Below, piece after piece: positions 19,783-29,449 of a stretch of 64,000 nt of DNA. The DNA is from Deltaproteobacteria bacterium GWA2_45_12 (GTDB lineage Bacteria > UBA10199), in NCBI GenBank assembly GCA_001797365.1, contig MGPH01000063.1, forward strand, positions 37,179 through 101,178. Reading direction: 5' to 3'. A program made the position numbers and the translations under genes. The notes beneath the pieces are model-generated. The model ran no database searches, had not been told where the DNA came from, and worked only from the letters and a program-made list of their open reading frames with translations. Positions within the stretch are counted from its first letter, which is position 1. The number at the start of each line of letters is the position of its first letter.

Positions 19783-20213
19783 AGCAAGCCTTTCTTTTTC
19801 ATTATCTTTTCTTCATCAAAGGCGCGTGGCTGTAACCTTTTAGATGTTAAACCCAAGATCATCTCTTTTGGGATAGGAATCCGGTCATATTCTTTGGAAA
19901 GTTGCTTCCATTTAAAGACACGGTTGATGTTATAAGTTTGTTCATTGGCCTGATCGATATCGGATAGTAATTTTTGAAGGCTTAAATACAACGGAAACCG
20001 CCCATTTAACCGATAGGCCCTTTGATTGGCCCTTTTGGATGAAAACAAGAACCCCCAATTTTCCATGTTGATGAGTTCGCGATAGGTCTGCTGCGGGGAT
20101 ATCTTGATCTCGCGCGCAAGCTCGCGCACACCCACCTGGGCTTTGGGATTATCAATAAAATATTTAAGCACCGCCCGACGTACTTTAGAAGGAATGAGAA
20201 ATTTCAAGTCCAT
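19779..20213 (-). CDS. Winged-helix HTH protein (putative antitoxin/regulator)
   Basis: SKVRRAVLKYFIDNP..VGVRELAREIKISPQQTYRELINMENWGFL..RAYRLN; probable ATG at 20213. Confidence 0.8.
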   Translation of the reverse strand: MDLKFLIPSKVRRAVLKYFIDNPKAQVGVRELAREIKISPQQTYRELINMENWGFLFSSKRANQRAYRLNGRFPLYLSLQKLLSDIDQANEQTYNINRVFKWKQLSKEYDRIPIPKEMILGLTSKRLQPRAFDEEKIMKKKGLL

Positions 20214-20217
20214 GGCC

Positions 20218-20260
20218 AATTGTCATAGTTTTGATGACAATTGTCAACATTTTGGTGACA
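20218..20260 (-). promoter_or_regulatory. Twin operator palindromes TGTCA-N9-TGACA overlapping a candidate promoter
   Basis: Sites at 20221-20239 and 20242-20260, 21 bp apart. On the minus strand, TTGACA-17nt-GACAAT ends 5 nt before the HTH ATG. Confidence 0.65.
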
Positions 20261-20300
20261 TTTAATGAAAATCTCAAAGGAATTAATCAGCCTTTTTTAA

Positions 20301-23300
20301 TTACCGCGCAAATCGCAGGGGGCTTTTTGAAAATCCATGGAAGGGTACAGCCCTATTACGCAATGCCATGAGGCTATGCCATGTGGATGGTCCTGTTTTT
20401 CTTCCTGGCCTAGCACTCCGTAATGGCATTTTTGCGGGCACAGGATCATCTGATGACACACCTAATGAAACGGGAGTGGTTTCCGCAGAAACTTGAAGAG
20501 GTAATTCTTTATTTTCTGGTAAAAGCGCTTTTTCCCCACGGTGCCTGCTCGTTCCCTGAACCCTTCTTCTCTTACCTTGAGTAAGAGTAAGCCCCTTGGT
20601 TTGAAAATGATCAGAGTCCGGATCGGGATCAGGTTGATGAATGCCTAAAATATCAAAAGCCAATCGGGCATCCCTAAGCGAAGCCCGTCCTTCAACTTCC
20701 TTAAAATTTTTGGTGATAACCCAAAGCCCTTGCTCTTTGAAAAAATTCAAAGCCCCTTGATAAGAAAAATGCCTAATGGCCTCGCTTTGAGAAGTGGCCT
20801 TTTCCCATCGCATCACCAAATCTCCTTCGGCAAGATCTAGATGCGCCTCCAAAGATTTTAAAAAATCAATCCATGCCCAATAAACAATGGGGCTATCAAA
20901 ACTCTTTCCCTCAAAGGCTTCGGGATGTTCTCTACCAAACCATTGCATAGCCAAACCAAGATCCAGCCGCGTTCTCGGGGGAATATGTTGATTAATCTTG
21001 GCATCCCATTCCACCAAACGTCTAATTTGAATCTCGGCTTTTCCTTTCCTGGAGAGTGGCCGCTCAAAATCATAATAAATCGTCCAATCAGCGCTTTGAT
21101 CTACCTGCTGCATTTCAGGCTGTGTCTGCACATACCGCCTGGCGAGTCTCATCCGTATGCCCAATGTATGAATATCCTCGGGATTATCTCCAAGGGCCGC
21201 TAACCAAGATGTATCAGCAACAGGATCAATGAAAAACTTTAATTCAGAAAGCCCAGCACTCTCCAGCAAGGAAACCACTTTTGGGAATTGGTCTTTAAGA
21301 ACATAATCATAAAGATCATTTAAGGGTATGTTAAAAAGATGGCTTACAAGCGTCAGGGTAGCCTTTTTCGGAGGGGCCTTTCCTTCCAGAAAATCAATAA
21401 GGCGTTCCAAGGGGCAGGTAAGTAACCCATCTTCCGAAACAAAAACTTTCTGTTTAACATCATAGGAACCTACTGCCGGATTAAACACTCTGGCTATTAC
21501 AAGGGCAGCAGGATTTTGAGGATGGCATATTGGAAAATGGCTGCCAATTTTATTGACAAGACGAACTTGTTTTTCTGATGAAAGATAAATTTCGCCGCGA
21601 TCACACCGCGTCCATAAAGGATCAATCTGTGGCAAATGTTCCCTATTGAGCCAGTAGGCCAAGAGCATTGGGTCTAGGTTCATGGCTCTGGCCAATTTTA
21701 AAAGAAGGACGTGATCGGGATAAGGGATTCCTCCGGAAATCAACTTATGCCATGTATTGGGAGTAATTCCGATATAATCGGCCACCTTTTCGTTGGATAA
21801 ACAAAGAGGAGATGGTAACCCCGCCCACCAAGCTTTAAGGCGATCAAGAAATTGGTAAGCTCCATATTCTCGCACAATGGCCTCATCCAAAGAAATGCCG
21901 TTGGCATCGGCCCTGCCTTTAAGATCAAACCACGATTTTGAAGAGGTTAAACTTTCAAACTTATCCTTGAATTTTTCAAAGAAAGGCAGACGCACTTTTA
22001 AGTAAAGGATTTTCTGAATATCTTGAAAACTCAAGCCCTCAAACATACTTCCATGGGCATTTTCAAAAACGGCATGGGCTATTGCCGGCACCAATTCAAC
22101 CGGAACACCTTTTTTAATGAGAGCAGGCCATTTCAATTTTGGATTTTTAGTTTGAATCACCGGGTGCTGAAGTGCTACCCAGGCGGCTTCCACACGTGCA
22201 AAATCCTTTGCAACAAATTCATTTCCAATAAAATTCCAGTCAATACCGGAAACCCTGTCCAAAGTCCATTCTGGGGAAAGAGAGAAGTCAATGGTTCTTC
22301 TATGGGATGAAACCAACCCCTCATAGCGCTCGCAGGCGAGGGTATAAAGTTCTTCCATATCAAGCAAAATTCCGGACCTTTGCGCCAGACCCACTAGGGT
22401 TTGGGCCCTGACAGCATTAAGACGCCCCTTTGAAAACAAGAAAACATCGTCTGCTTGTTTGACTTCAAAAAATCCATCCTGATTTTTGTAGAAACTGACA
22501 TAATCCTCTGTTTCATCTTTTCTTAATTTTTCCCAAATGGCTTTCAGTTTTAAAGATAAACCTGTATCGGTTAAGGCATATCTGGGAGTAAGTTTAGGAT
22601 TATAACAACTCCCCATGAAGTAATGCAGTTCCCCCTGCCTGAAATGCACAAACAATTCAAATGGGTCCACCCCAAACTGGGCAACCAAAGCATCCATATC
22701 CTCATCAGTCACCGTGTAAAGACGGTGTTTGAATTTTTCAGGAAGTCCCAAGGCATGGATCAATTCATCGATGGTTGCAAGGCCCATTTCACCCTTCTTT
22801 CTTTCCATGGCGGCACTTAAAAATTCATCTCCGCGCCCACGAACATCACGCTCGGCCATCAAGGCGCGGGCCAGGGCAGTCAAAGCCAGTGCCTTTTCTT
22901 CAGGAAGAGAAAGATCTGGAGGGATAAGATTAACCGTGGCCCCTTCTTGGGAGGCTATTGGGAAAAGTAAAAAAGGCCATGGGTGAGCGGAAGCACACAT
23001 CAAAGCGGCATCCATGGGATGAGTTTCTGCAAAGCCAATGATTTTTTCATCACTAGCAGGATAGTTTCTTTGTTCCTGGACTTGAGCGGTATTTCTGTCT
23101 GCATAGCCTAGCATCCGGCACATGGCAGAGTATCCTTGGCGCTCTCTCAACCGAAGACCATAGATAATTTCTGGATGGGACAAACCCAAAATATTTGGGG
23201 GAAATTCATTTGAAGGAAGTTTAATAAAGGGCCCATTGTCATCACAAATCCATTTTTTAAGCGGTGGCCAAGCCAATTGGGCATAAGCCGGTAAATCCAA

Positions 23301-26300
23301 TTTATCCGCAAAAGCCACCATAAATGCCAGTTTGATCTCTTCTCCAACGCTAATACGAGAGTATTGAGTCAGAAAAACAATGTGATTGCCATTAACATCT
23401 AATGTGTGCCCAGTTAGTGCCTCCCACATTGTTCGAATCAGGGAGGCAGCTTGGGGATAACTCATCCCACCAATGGCTTTATTAACAAGATCCCGCATGG
23501 TCCCTTCTCTGGCTTCCCGAAGTACACGTCTTTGCGGTTTTGACAGGCCTTGTGCCGTAGCCATTTCCCAAAGAGCCTCTGTATCTACTTTGATAAAATC
23601 CGCAATGCGCCGCACATCTCCGCTTTTCAAATCCTTGGCAACGCCCTGTTCCAAATCGTAATAGGCCTTGTCGTTGATTCCGTAACGCCGAGCCATATCT
23701 TCAACTCCCAAGGCGTAAAGCTGACGGACAAGATATAAAAACCCCGACAACCCAGTTGCATTTTTATAAAAACACGGGATTTGATGTTTGGCCGCTCGGC
23801 CATCAAGGTAAAATCGCAACCGTTTTTTACCCAAATGGTCCATGACTTTTTTCATTTCAGAATTGTTGGCCCAATCATCCACCAAATCGACAAAGACCCG
23901 TCCCCCTTTATTGGGGATTTGGGCGGGTACACAATCGTGCATCACACAATCAAAAACATCATCCACAAGTTGGCCGGTCAAGCTGGCCACATCACGCACC
24001 AATTCCAAAGTGGGAAAACTCTTATTCCCACAAATGAAATTGAGGGCAATTTGCCCCTGAAGCAAAACCCGCCGCTCATCGGCAGCTGTTATATCAAAAC
24101 GGCTCTCGTTTCTGAGCGGGGAATGCTTGGGGTCAAGCAAGGTTCTAAAAAGAAGATAACGCGGATTTGCGGCAATTTCCTCAAACGGTTTTTTTGAAAA
24201 TTCTCCAACAATGCGCAAAAGGGCAGGTGTATCGCAATAGAGCTCATAACCCGGCCCTTGAGTAAAACGGCTATCCACTTCAGGATGGGCCTGCCTGTTT
24301 ATAAGGCAGGTCATCACTGAGATATCCATTTGCAAACCCAACACCTCCATCCATGCAGCAAGTAGCGGCTTTAACGGCAGATCATCTCCTGCCTTCCAAT
24401 TTTCAAAAGTCTGCAATAACTTGATGGGTGCAGGGTAGACCTTCCTTAAGTCTGAAATACGTCGCCCCACCTCTTCAATACTTAACCCTAGTGCCTCCCG
24501 ACGCTGTTTTAAAAAATCACACCACAGCAAATTATCAAAACAACAAGCGACAAGATCGGCAAGCACTTCGCCCGTGGTTTGGCACCTCTGTTGAAGGGCT
24601 TCATAACTTTCAAAATTCAAAGGTGAAACCTCTGTGGGTGTTTCATTAGTTAACACACGAGAAATTTGCCTTCTTTCAGAAAGCGCATTTGGACCAATTT
24701 TTTTAAATTTTTGTAGGAAGGCAGCATTGAATTTCAAGAAAAGTATTTTTTCTGTAATATCACCCATGCCCGCATCCTTGGCTTTGGCAGACACAATGCA
24801 AATTTGGCGGTCGTTTAAGCTTAAGGCCACTTCCTTTAAACCTTTCTCACCCACCGCACTAAAATGTCGAATACCCTTCCAATAAACTTCCGCCGGTGTC
24901 CCAGCTGGGGACAGCTGAGTGGCAATGTCTTCCATGAGTGTTTGGACATCCAGGGCTTTGATGGCTTTTTCATCACTCGCATTGGGCCAGCTCCAATCAA
25001 TATCTCCAGAGGGGGAAGTGCCCATAAAATAATGCAAACGGCCATATTGAAAGCCTTCAAGAATCCTTTGAGAATCCACAAAGGGTAGTTTCTCTATCAA
25101 CGCTAACAATTCATCATCATTGAGCACATGCATGGTAGAACTCAAAATGCGGCGCACCAATCTTTCCCCAAACCCTAATTTGTTTATCATGAAAACTTCA
25201 TCACTAATCCCCTGACAATCCATGGCAAGTTTCAGTTTTTGAACAATCTCACCAATATAAGCACGTACCCCGGGTAGAGAACGCCAACGAGCATACAAGG
25301 CCCGATGGGTTTCCGGAAAATCAACACGTGTTCCATCAGCACGTAAAAAATGAGGATCAAAAGCGGCCATCCAAGGGAAACAATTGAGAACAAGGGCGTG
25401 ATAATTTGGGGAATTCACTGGCCAGACTTTTTCGGCAAGCTCGAGCAATTTTTGCCGGCTACCAAAACCCGGTACGCCAGCATAATTGTAGTATTGGGTA
25501 AGGGCCAAACCGAGAATATCGGCTTGCTCCTTGGGCCCGGCAAATTGCCTGAATTCACGCGTTTGTACCGTGTGAGCCATGTTATAGGCCCACAAATCGG
25601 CCCATGATGAAACATCATTGGGCACACACCATGGGTCCTCTGTGGTCAATACAGGAAAACTTTCGGCATCACTAGGGTGGGCTCTCACCCAAAGATTACG
25701 GAATGTTTCAGGGGCAACTTGCGCGCGAAATGTATAAAGAAAGGAAAACACATGCTCCCTTAAGTAATTGTAACGGGAAGTATCCATTTCAACCTCGGGA
25801 GGGTTCGACATCCTCTCCCGCATGCGTGTAAAAGTAGCATAGGTGGGGACCGGAAATTCCGGCATATCTTTAAAAAGAGTAAAGGCCACCTCCTGCCTGA
25901 CTTCCTCGGCATTCAAGCCCCCGGAAATGCGATAAAACGGATTATGTCCTTTGTAAAAATGAAGCAGAGCATGGCACAATGGGCGATCTTTGCCATGGTC
26001 GGAGAAAGCCAAAAATAAACCATGTTCTGATTGATCGTTAAAACCATGTTTAAGAGATGCCGCCAAATCATAAGCCAGTCGTGTATATCCCCATGAGAAC
26101 AAAATGAGTTGTCTTAAAGGAATCCCCAAACGGGAAGATATTGAAGCAAGTTTAGTAAAAATTTGAGGACTACCTTTGCGAAGGCCTTCCCTTTCGCACA
26201 AAGATTCTTCATCCGCGCTCAGAGTGTCTGCTTCTTCAGGTATGACAGAACTTATGTTGTCAGGATGCGTGGCATCCTGGGCTATAGCCTTAAGGATTTT

Positions 26301-27968
26301 TATACTTTTCTCTTCACTAGCAAAAACGAGCCCCACAACTTGACACCAGAAATACTTTTCGCCGCTACTCATGGCATCCCGTTTTTTGTCAGAAATAAGA
26401 CGAAGTCCAAGAGCACCATTTACTATTTCCTCAAGATCGCCTTCAAGCCCTGACAGACGTATTTCCCTAATGGTCGCATGGGGGTCAATCTTCCCTTCTA
26501 GTTGTTTTTGGATACGTTTAATCCATAAGGGTTTGACTGCGTCCCATTTTGACTCTCCATCGGGAAGACTTGTTAGAAGGGTATGTACTGTTGTCCCCAA
26601 AAAGTCGGCAATCCCCAACAATTTTTCCGGAGCATCATATTCATCCCACGAAAAACCATAATGACTTCCCACCTGCAATGGAGAATAAAAGGATATAATC
26701 TGTGCTACGGTAAAACCTGTTTTCCTAGCTATCCTTTTAAAATCTTGCGGGGTGAAATCATCAGAAAGCGAAATTTGCCATGATAAAGCCAGAAGATCGC
26801 GTAAGGGGATATCGGTGATATCATGCATATATTGCAGGTCTTCAAAAGAAGCCCTTGGACCAAGATGATGACGGGCATAATTTTCAAATCCTTGGATATC
26901 ACTTTCATTGGCGTAATAGTATTCAACAAGGCGACTTACCAAGCCTATGTCATCTTCTGCCACATCCCATAGAACATCCATGGTTGGGAACCCTCCGGTT
27001 CTCCTAAGAGTTACTTTGGCCACCAATGGACGAAGGGGATCTGCCAAATCAAGGGATGCTCCCTTTTCCAAAAGGAAAATGTGTCTCTCCAATTGAGCCC
27101 TATTTTTGGCGCTAAGGCGCACTCTTCTGGCGCGAGGAGGTTTGGATGGCTTCTCGGGTTTGATTTTGGGCCGGGCGTCCTCTGCCAAAAGACCTTCATC
27201 CCTTTCATCAAGAAGGGGAACCATGTCAAAGTCGTCGGCTCCGTTGAGAAGATCATCCAGCCTAGCTCCTGGGCTTCTACGCTCAGTGAAAAAATCATCT
27301 CCTGCACGTTTTAAAATGGCATCAAGATCCTCTTCAGTAACCTTGTTCCCAGATGTTGATGAACTCGCTTTAATACTTCTACCGGCAGGGGAAATACCCG
27401 GCACGTTGGCTATGAGCCCCTTAAAGAAACCATCAATATTTTCCTCTTTGAGAGCTTCTCCACGATCAAGCTTAAGGCGAATGTTAAGGGAGTATTCTCC
27501 GGCCCCTATCTGAGTTATTGATATTCTCCCAAAAAAAGCGGTTAAAGAATTATTTTGATAGACAAAGCCAAAGGGAAAAGAATCACCACCAGCGTCCACA
27601 CTGGCAATGAATCTTTGACGGCAATCCATATTGGCAACCGTTGTTCCACCACTAAAATGCATGCGCATTTCATTGGTACCTACTCGAGGGTTGGCCACAA
27701 GCATTGATGAAGGTAAAAACCTCAGCCACTCCTTAATCAATTCACTTTGATCTTCGGTAAACTTGAATGTGAAATGCAATTCGTTGTTGGAAATGGTTAA
27801 ATGCGATGGGTCTTTGAGTGCCTGAATAATTCGATGCCTGTCTGATCCCACATCATTAAAAAGAAGGCGTGAAAGTATAACCAAAATCCGTGGCGAAGAT
27901 GGACTTTCCGGGCTTGGGGATGCTACAGAGGGGACGCTATGTGTCCCATTAGTCGAATCAAGAGTCAT
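20301..27968 (-). CDS. Giant (2555 aa) protein with multiple XRE-like HTH domains
   Basis: 7.6-kb uninterrupted ORF; units such as FLKQRREALGLSIEEVGRR, LYLVRQLYALGVEDMARRYGINDKAYYDLEQG, LSNEKVADYIGITPNTWHKLISG. Confidence 0.85.
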   Translation of the reverse strand: MTLDSTNGTHSVPSVASPSPESPSSPRILVILSRLLFNDVGSDRHRIIQALKDPSHLTISNNELHFTFKFTEDQSELIKEWLRFLPSSMLVANPRVGTNEMRMHFSGGTTVANMDCRQRFIASVDAGGDSFPFGFVYQNNSLTAFFGRISITQIGAGEYSLNIRLKLDRGEALKEENIDGFFKGLIANVPGISPAGRSIKASSSTSGNKVTEEDLDAILKRAGDDFFTERRSPGARLDDLLNGADDFDMVPLLDERDEGLLAEDARPKIKPEKPSKPPRARRVRLSAKNRAQLERHIFLLEKGASLDLADPLRPLVAKVTLRRTGGFPTMDVLWDVAEDDIGLVSRLVEYYYANESDIQGFENYARHHLGPRASFEDLQYMHDITDIPLRDLLALSWQISLSDDFTPQDFKRIARKTGFTVAQIISFYSPLQVGSHYGFSWDEYDAPEKLLGIADFLGTTVHTLLTSLPDGESKWDAVKPLWIKRIQKQLEGKIDPHATIREIRLSGLEGDLEEIVNGALGLRLISDKKRDAMSSGEKYFWCQVVGLVFASEEKSIKILKAIAQDATHPDNISSVIPEEADTLSADEESLCEREGLRKGSPQIFTKLASISSRLGIPLRQLILFSWGYTRLAYDLAASLKHGFNDQSEHGLFLAFSDHGKDRPLCHALLHFYKGHNPFYRISGGLNAEEVRQEVAFTLFKDMPEFPVPTYATFTRMRERMSNPPEVEMDTSRYNYLREHVFSFLYTFRAQVAPETFRNLWVRAHPSDAESFPVLTTEDPWCVPNDVSSWADLWAYNMAHTVQTREFRQFAGPKEQADILGLALTQYYNYAGVPGFGSRQKLLELAEKVWPVNSPNYHALVLNCFPWMAAFDPHFLRADGTRVDFPETHRALYARWRSLPGVRAYIGEIVQKLKLAMDCQGISDEVFMINKLGFGERLVRRILSSTMHVLNDDELLALIEKLPFVDSQRILEGFQYGRLHYFMGTSPSGDIDWSWPNASDEKAIKALDVQTLMEDIATQLSPAGTPAEVYWKGIRHFSAVGEKGLKEVALSLNDRQICIVSAKAKDAGMGDITEKILFLKFNAAFLQKFKKIGPNALSERRQISRVLTNETPTEVSPLNFESYEALQQRCQTTGEVLADLVACCFDNLLWCDFLKQRREALGLSIEEVGRRISDLRKVYPAPIKLLQTFENWKAGDDLPLKPLLAAWMEVLGLQMDISVMTCLINRQAHPEVDSRFTQGPGYELYCDTPALLRIVGEFSKKPFEEIAANPRYLLFRTLLDPKHSPLRNESRFDITAADERRVLLQGQIALNFICGNKSFPTLELVRDVASLTGQLVDDVFDCVMHDCVPAQIPNKGGRVFVDLVDDWANNSEMKKVMDHLGKKRLRFYLDGRAAKHQIPCFYKNATGLSGFLYLVRQLYALGVEDMARRYGINDKAYYDLEQGVAKDLKSGDVRRIADFIKVDTEALWEMATAQGLSKPQRRVLREAREGTMRDLVNKAIGGMSYPQAASLIRTMWEALTGHTLDVNGNHIVFLTQYSRISVGEEIKLAFMVAFADKLDLPAYAQLAWPPLKKWICDDNGPFIKLPSNEFPPNILGLSHPEIIYGLRLRERQGYSAMCRMLGYADRNTAQVQEQRNYPASDEKIIGFAETHPMDAALMCASAHPWPFLLFPIASQEGATVNLIPPDLSLPEEKALALTALARALMAERDVRGRGDEFLSAAMERKKGEMGLATIDELIHALGLPEKFKHRLYTVTDEDMDALVAQFGVDPFELFVHFRQGELHYFMGSCYNPKLTPRYALTDTGLSLKLKAIWEKLRKDETEDYVSFYKNQDGFFEVKQADDVFLFSKGRLNAVRAQTLVGLAQRSGILLDMEELYTLACERYEGLVSSHRRTIDFSLSPEWTLDRVSGIDWNFIGNEFVAKDFARVEAAWVALQHPVIQTKNPKLKWPALIKKGVPVELVPAIAHAVFENAHGSMFEGLSFQDIQKILYLKVRLPFFEKFKDKFESLTSSKSWFDLKGRADANGISLDEAIVREYGAYQFLDRLKAWWAGLPSPLCLSNEKVADYIGITPNTWHKLISGGIPYPDHVLLLKLARAMNLDPMLLAYWLNREHLPQIDPLWTRCDRGEIYLSSEKQVRLVNKIGSHFPICHPQNPAALVIARVFNPAVGSYDVKQKVFVSEDGLLTCPLERLIDFLEGKAPPKKATLTLVSHLFNIPLNDLYDYVLKDQFPKVVSLLESAGLSELKFFIDPVADTSWLAALGDNPEDIHTLGIRMRLARRYVQTQPEMQQVDQSADWTIYYDFERPLSRKGKAEIQIRRLVEWDAKINQHIPPRTRLDLGLAMQWFGREHPEAFEGKSFDSPIVYWAWIDFLKSLEAHLDLAEGDLVMRWEKATSQSEAIRHFSYQGALNFFKEQGLWVITKNFKEVEGRASLRDARLAFDILGIHQPDPDPDSDHFQTKGLTLTQGKRRRVQGTSRHRGEKALLPENKELPLQVSAETTPVSLGVSSDDPVPAKMPLRSARPGRKTGPSTWHSLMALRNRAVPFHGFSKSPLRFAR

Positions 27969-28082
27969 AATTTTTTATTTTAATTGTTGTTAATTGGGTA
28001 GTTATATCGTCCATAGTTTCCAAAAGTTGCGCCAAAAAAACAAAAGACAAACCTTCAAAACTAATATAAATTTAAAACACTT

Positions 28083-29168
28083 ATGCCAGGAAATTCATTT
28101 GGACTTCTCTTTAGAATAACCACCGCCGGCGAAAGCCATGGGCCGGGAAACACTGTTATCATTGACGGGGTCCCTCCCGGCATTCCCTTGGCCCCGGAAG
28201 ATTTTGTGCCCGATATGAACCGGCGAAAGCCCGGGCAATCTAAAATCACCACCCAGCGCCAGGAAGAAGACCAGGTCGATATTTTATCCGGCGTGTTTGA
28301 GGGCAACACCACGGGCACGTCGATCGCCCTGTTCATCCCCAACACCGATGCCCGTTCAAAAGACTACGAAGATATCAAAGACAAATACCGCCCTGGACAT
28401 GCCGATTACACCTTTGATGCCAAGTATGGTTTCCGCGATACCCGTGGCGGAGGGCGTTCCAGCGCTCGGGAAACCACAGCCCGTGTGGCTGCAGGGGTTG
28501 TGGCAAAAAAGATTCTGGCCATGGAAGGGATTTTTGTTGTCGGTTATGTCAAACAAGTGGGGAACATCATCGCCAACATCCCCCACCCGGAAAAAATCAC
28601 GCTTAAACAGGTTGAATCCAACATCGTGCGTTGCCCGGATGAAAAAACCGCACAAAAAATGATCGAACTCATTGAACAAGTGCGCAAAGAGGTTGACTCG
28701 ATCGGCGGTGTAGCTGAAATTGTGGCCACAGGAGTCCCTCCCGGCTTGGGGGAACCCGTCTTTGACAAATTGAAAGCCGACTTGGGGAAGGCCATGCTCA
28801 GCTTACCGGCAGTTCTTGGCTTTGAATATGGTATCGGCTTTGGGGCTGCCACCCTCCGTGGAACTCAAAACAACGATATTTTCGTGGCCCAAAAAGGGGA
28901 AATCGGCACAAACCCCAATCGTCATGGGGGAATGCTTGGGGGCATTTCATCCGGAATGCCCATTGTCATCCGCTGTGCCATCAAACCCACAAGTTCCCTG
29001 GCCCGTGAGCAACAAACCATTACCAATTCAGGCGAAAAAACCACCATCGCCACCAAAGGAAGGCACGACCCCTGCCTGCTCCCCCGCTTTATTCCGATGG
29101 GGGAAGCCATGATGGCCATCACCCTGGCGGACCATTTATTGCGTCACCGGGCCCAAAACCTGGCTTAG
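28083..29168 (+). CDS. aroC: Chorismate synthase
   Basis: TTAGESHG, RPGHADYT, GGGRSSARET, GRHDPC. Confidence 0.98.
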   Translation: MPGNSFGLLFRITTAGESHGPGNTVIIDGVPPGIPLAPEDFVPDMNRRKPGQSKITTQRQEEDQVDILSGVFEGNTTGTSIALFIPNTDARSKDYEDIKDKYRPGHADYTFDAKYGFRDTRGGGRSSARETTARVAAGVVAKKILAMEGIFVVGYVKQVGNIIANIPHPEKITLKQVESNIVRCPDEKTAQKMIELIEQVRKEVDSIGGVAEIVATGVPPGLGEPVFDKLKADLGKAMLSLPAVLGFEYGIGFGAATLRGTQNNDIFVAQKGEIGTNPNRHGGMLGGISSGMPIVIRCAIKPTSSLAREQQTITNSGEKTTIATKGRHDPCLLPRFIPMGEAMMAITLADHLLRHRAQNLA

Positions 29169-29179
29169 AAATTGTTTCC

Positions 29180-29416
29180 ATGAAACAAAACATGCCTAAA
29201 AACCAATCGCCCATCACCGCCCTTATCGAGGCCCATCGTTATGCGGCCCTCTTTGACCAACAATTAACCCGCCTTAAAGCAAGCACCGGCCAAAAGAAAA
29301 ACATGGAAAAGCTCACACACGAATATGTCAGCCGGATTAAAAAAATCTCGTCTAAAAAAGAAGGGGAATTGACTAAAATGGTGGGGTTAATTCTTAAAGC
29401 CGCGCAGGACCGATAA
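29180..29416 (+). CDS. Small hypothetical protein
   Basis: 78 aa helical ORF 11 nt after aroC. Confidence 0.55.
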   Translation: MKQNMPKNQSPITALIEAHRYAALFDQQLTRLKASTGQKKNMEKLTHEYVSRIKKISSKKEGELTKMVGLILKAAQDR

Positions 29417-29449
29417 AGGGCACGGGCAAGGATCTCTCGCTCCGTGTAT

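Noticed and set aside
20301-27968. Giant ORF as an NRPS/PKS, RHS/MARTX toxin or helicase
   Set aside because: No adenylation, KS, YD/RHS, RTX or Walker motifs were found on reading.
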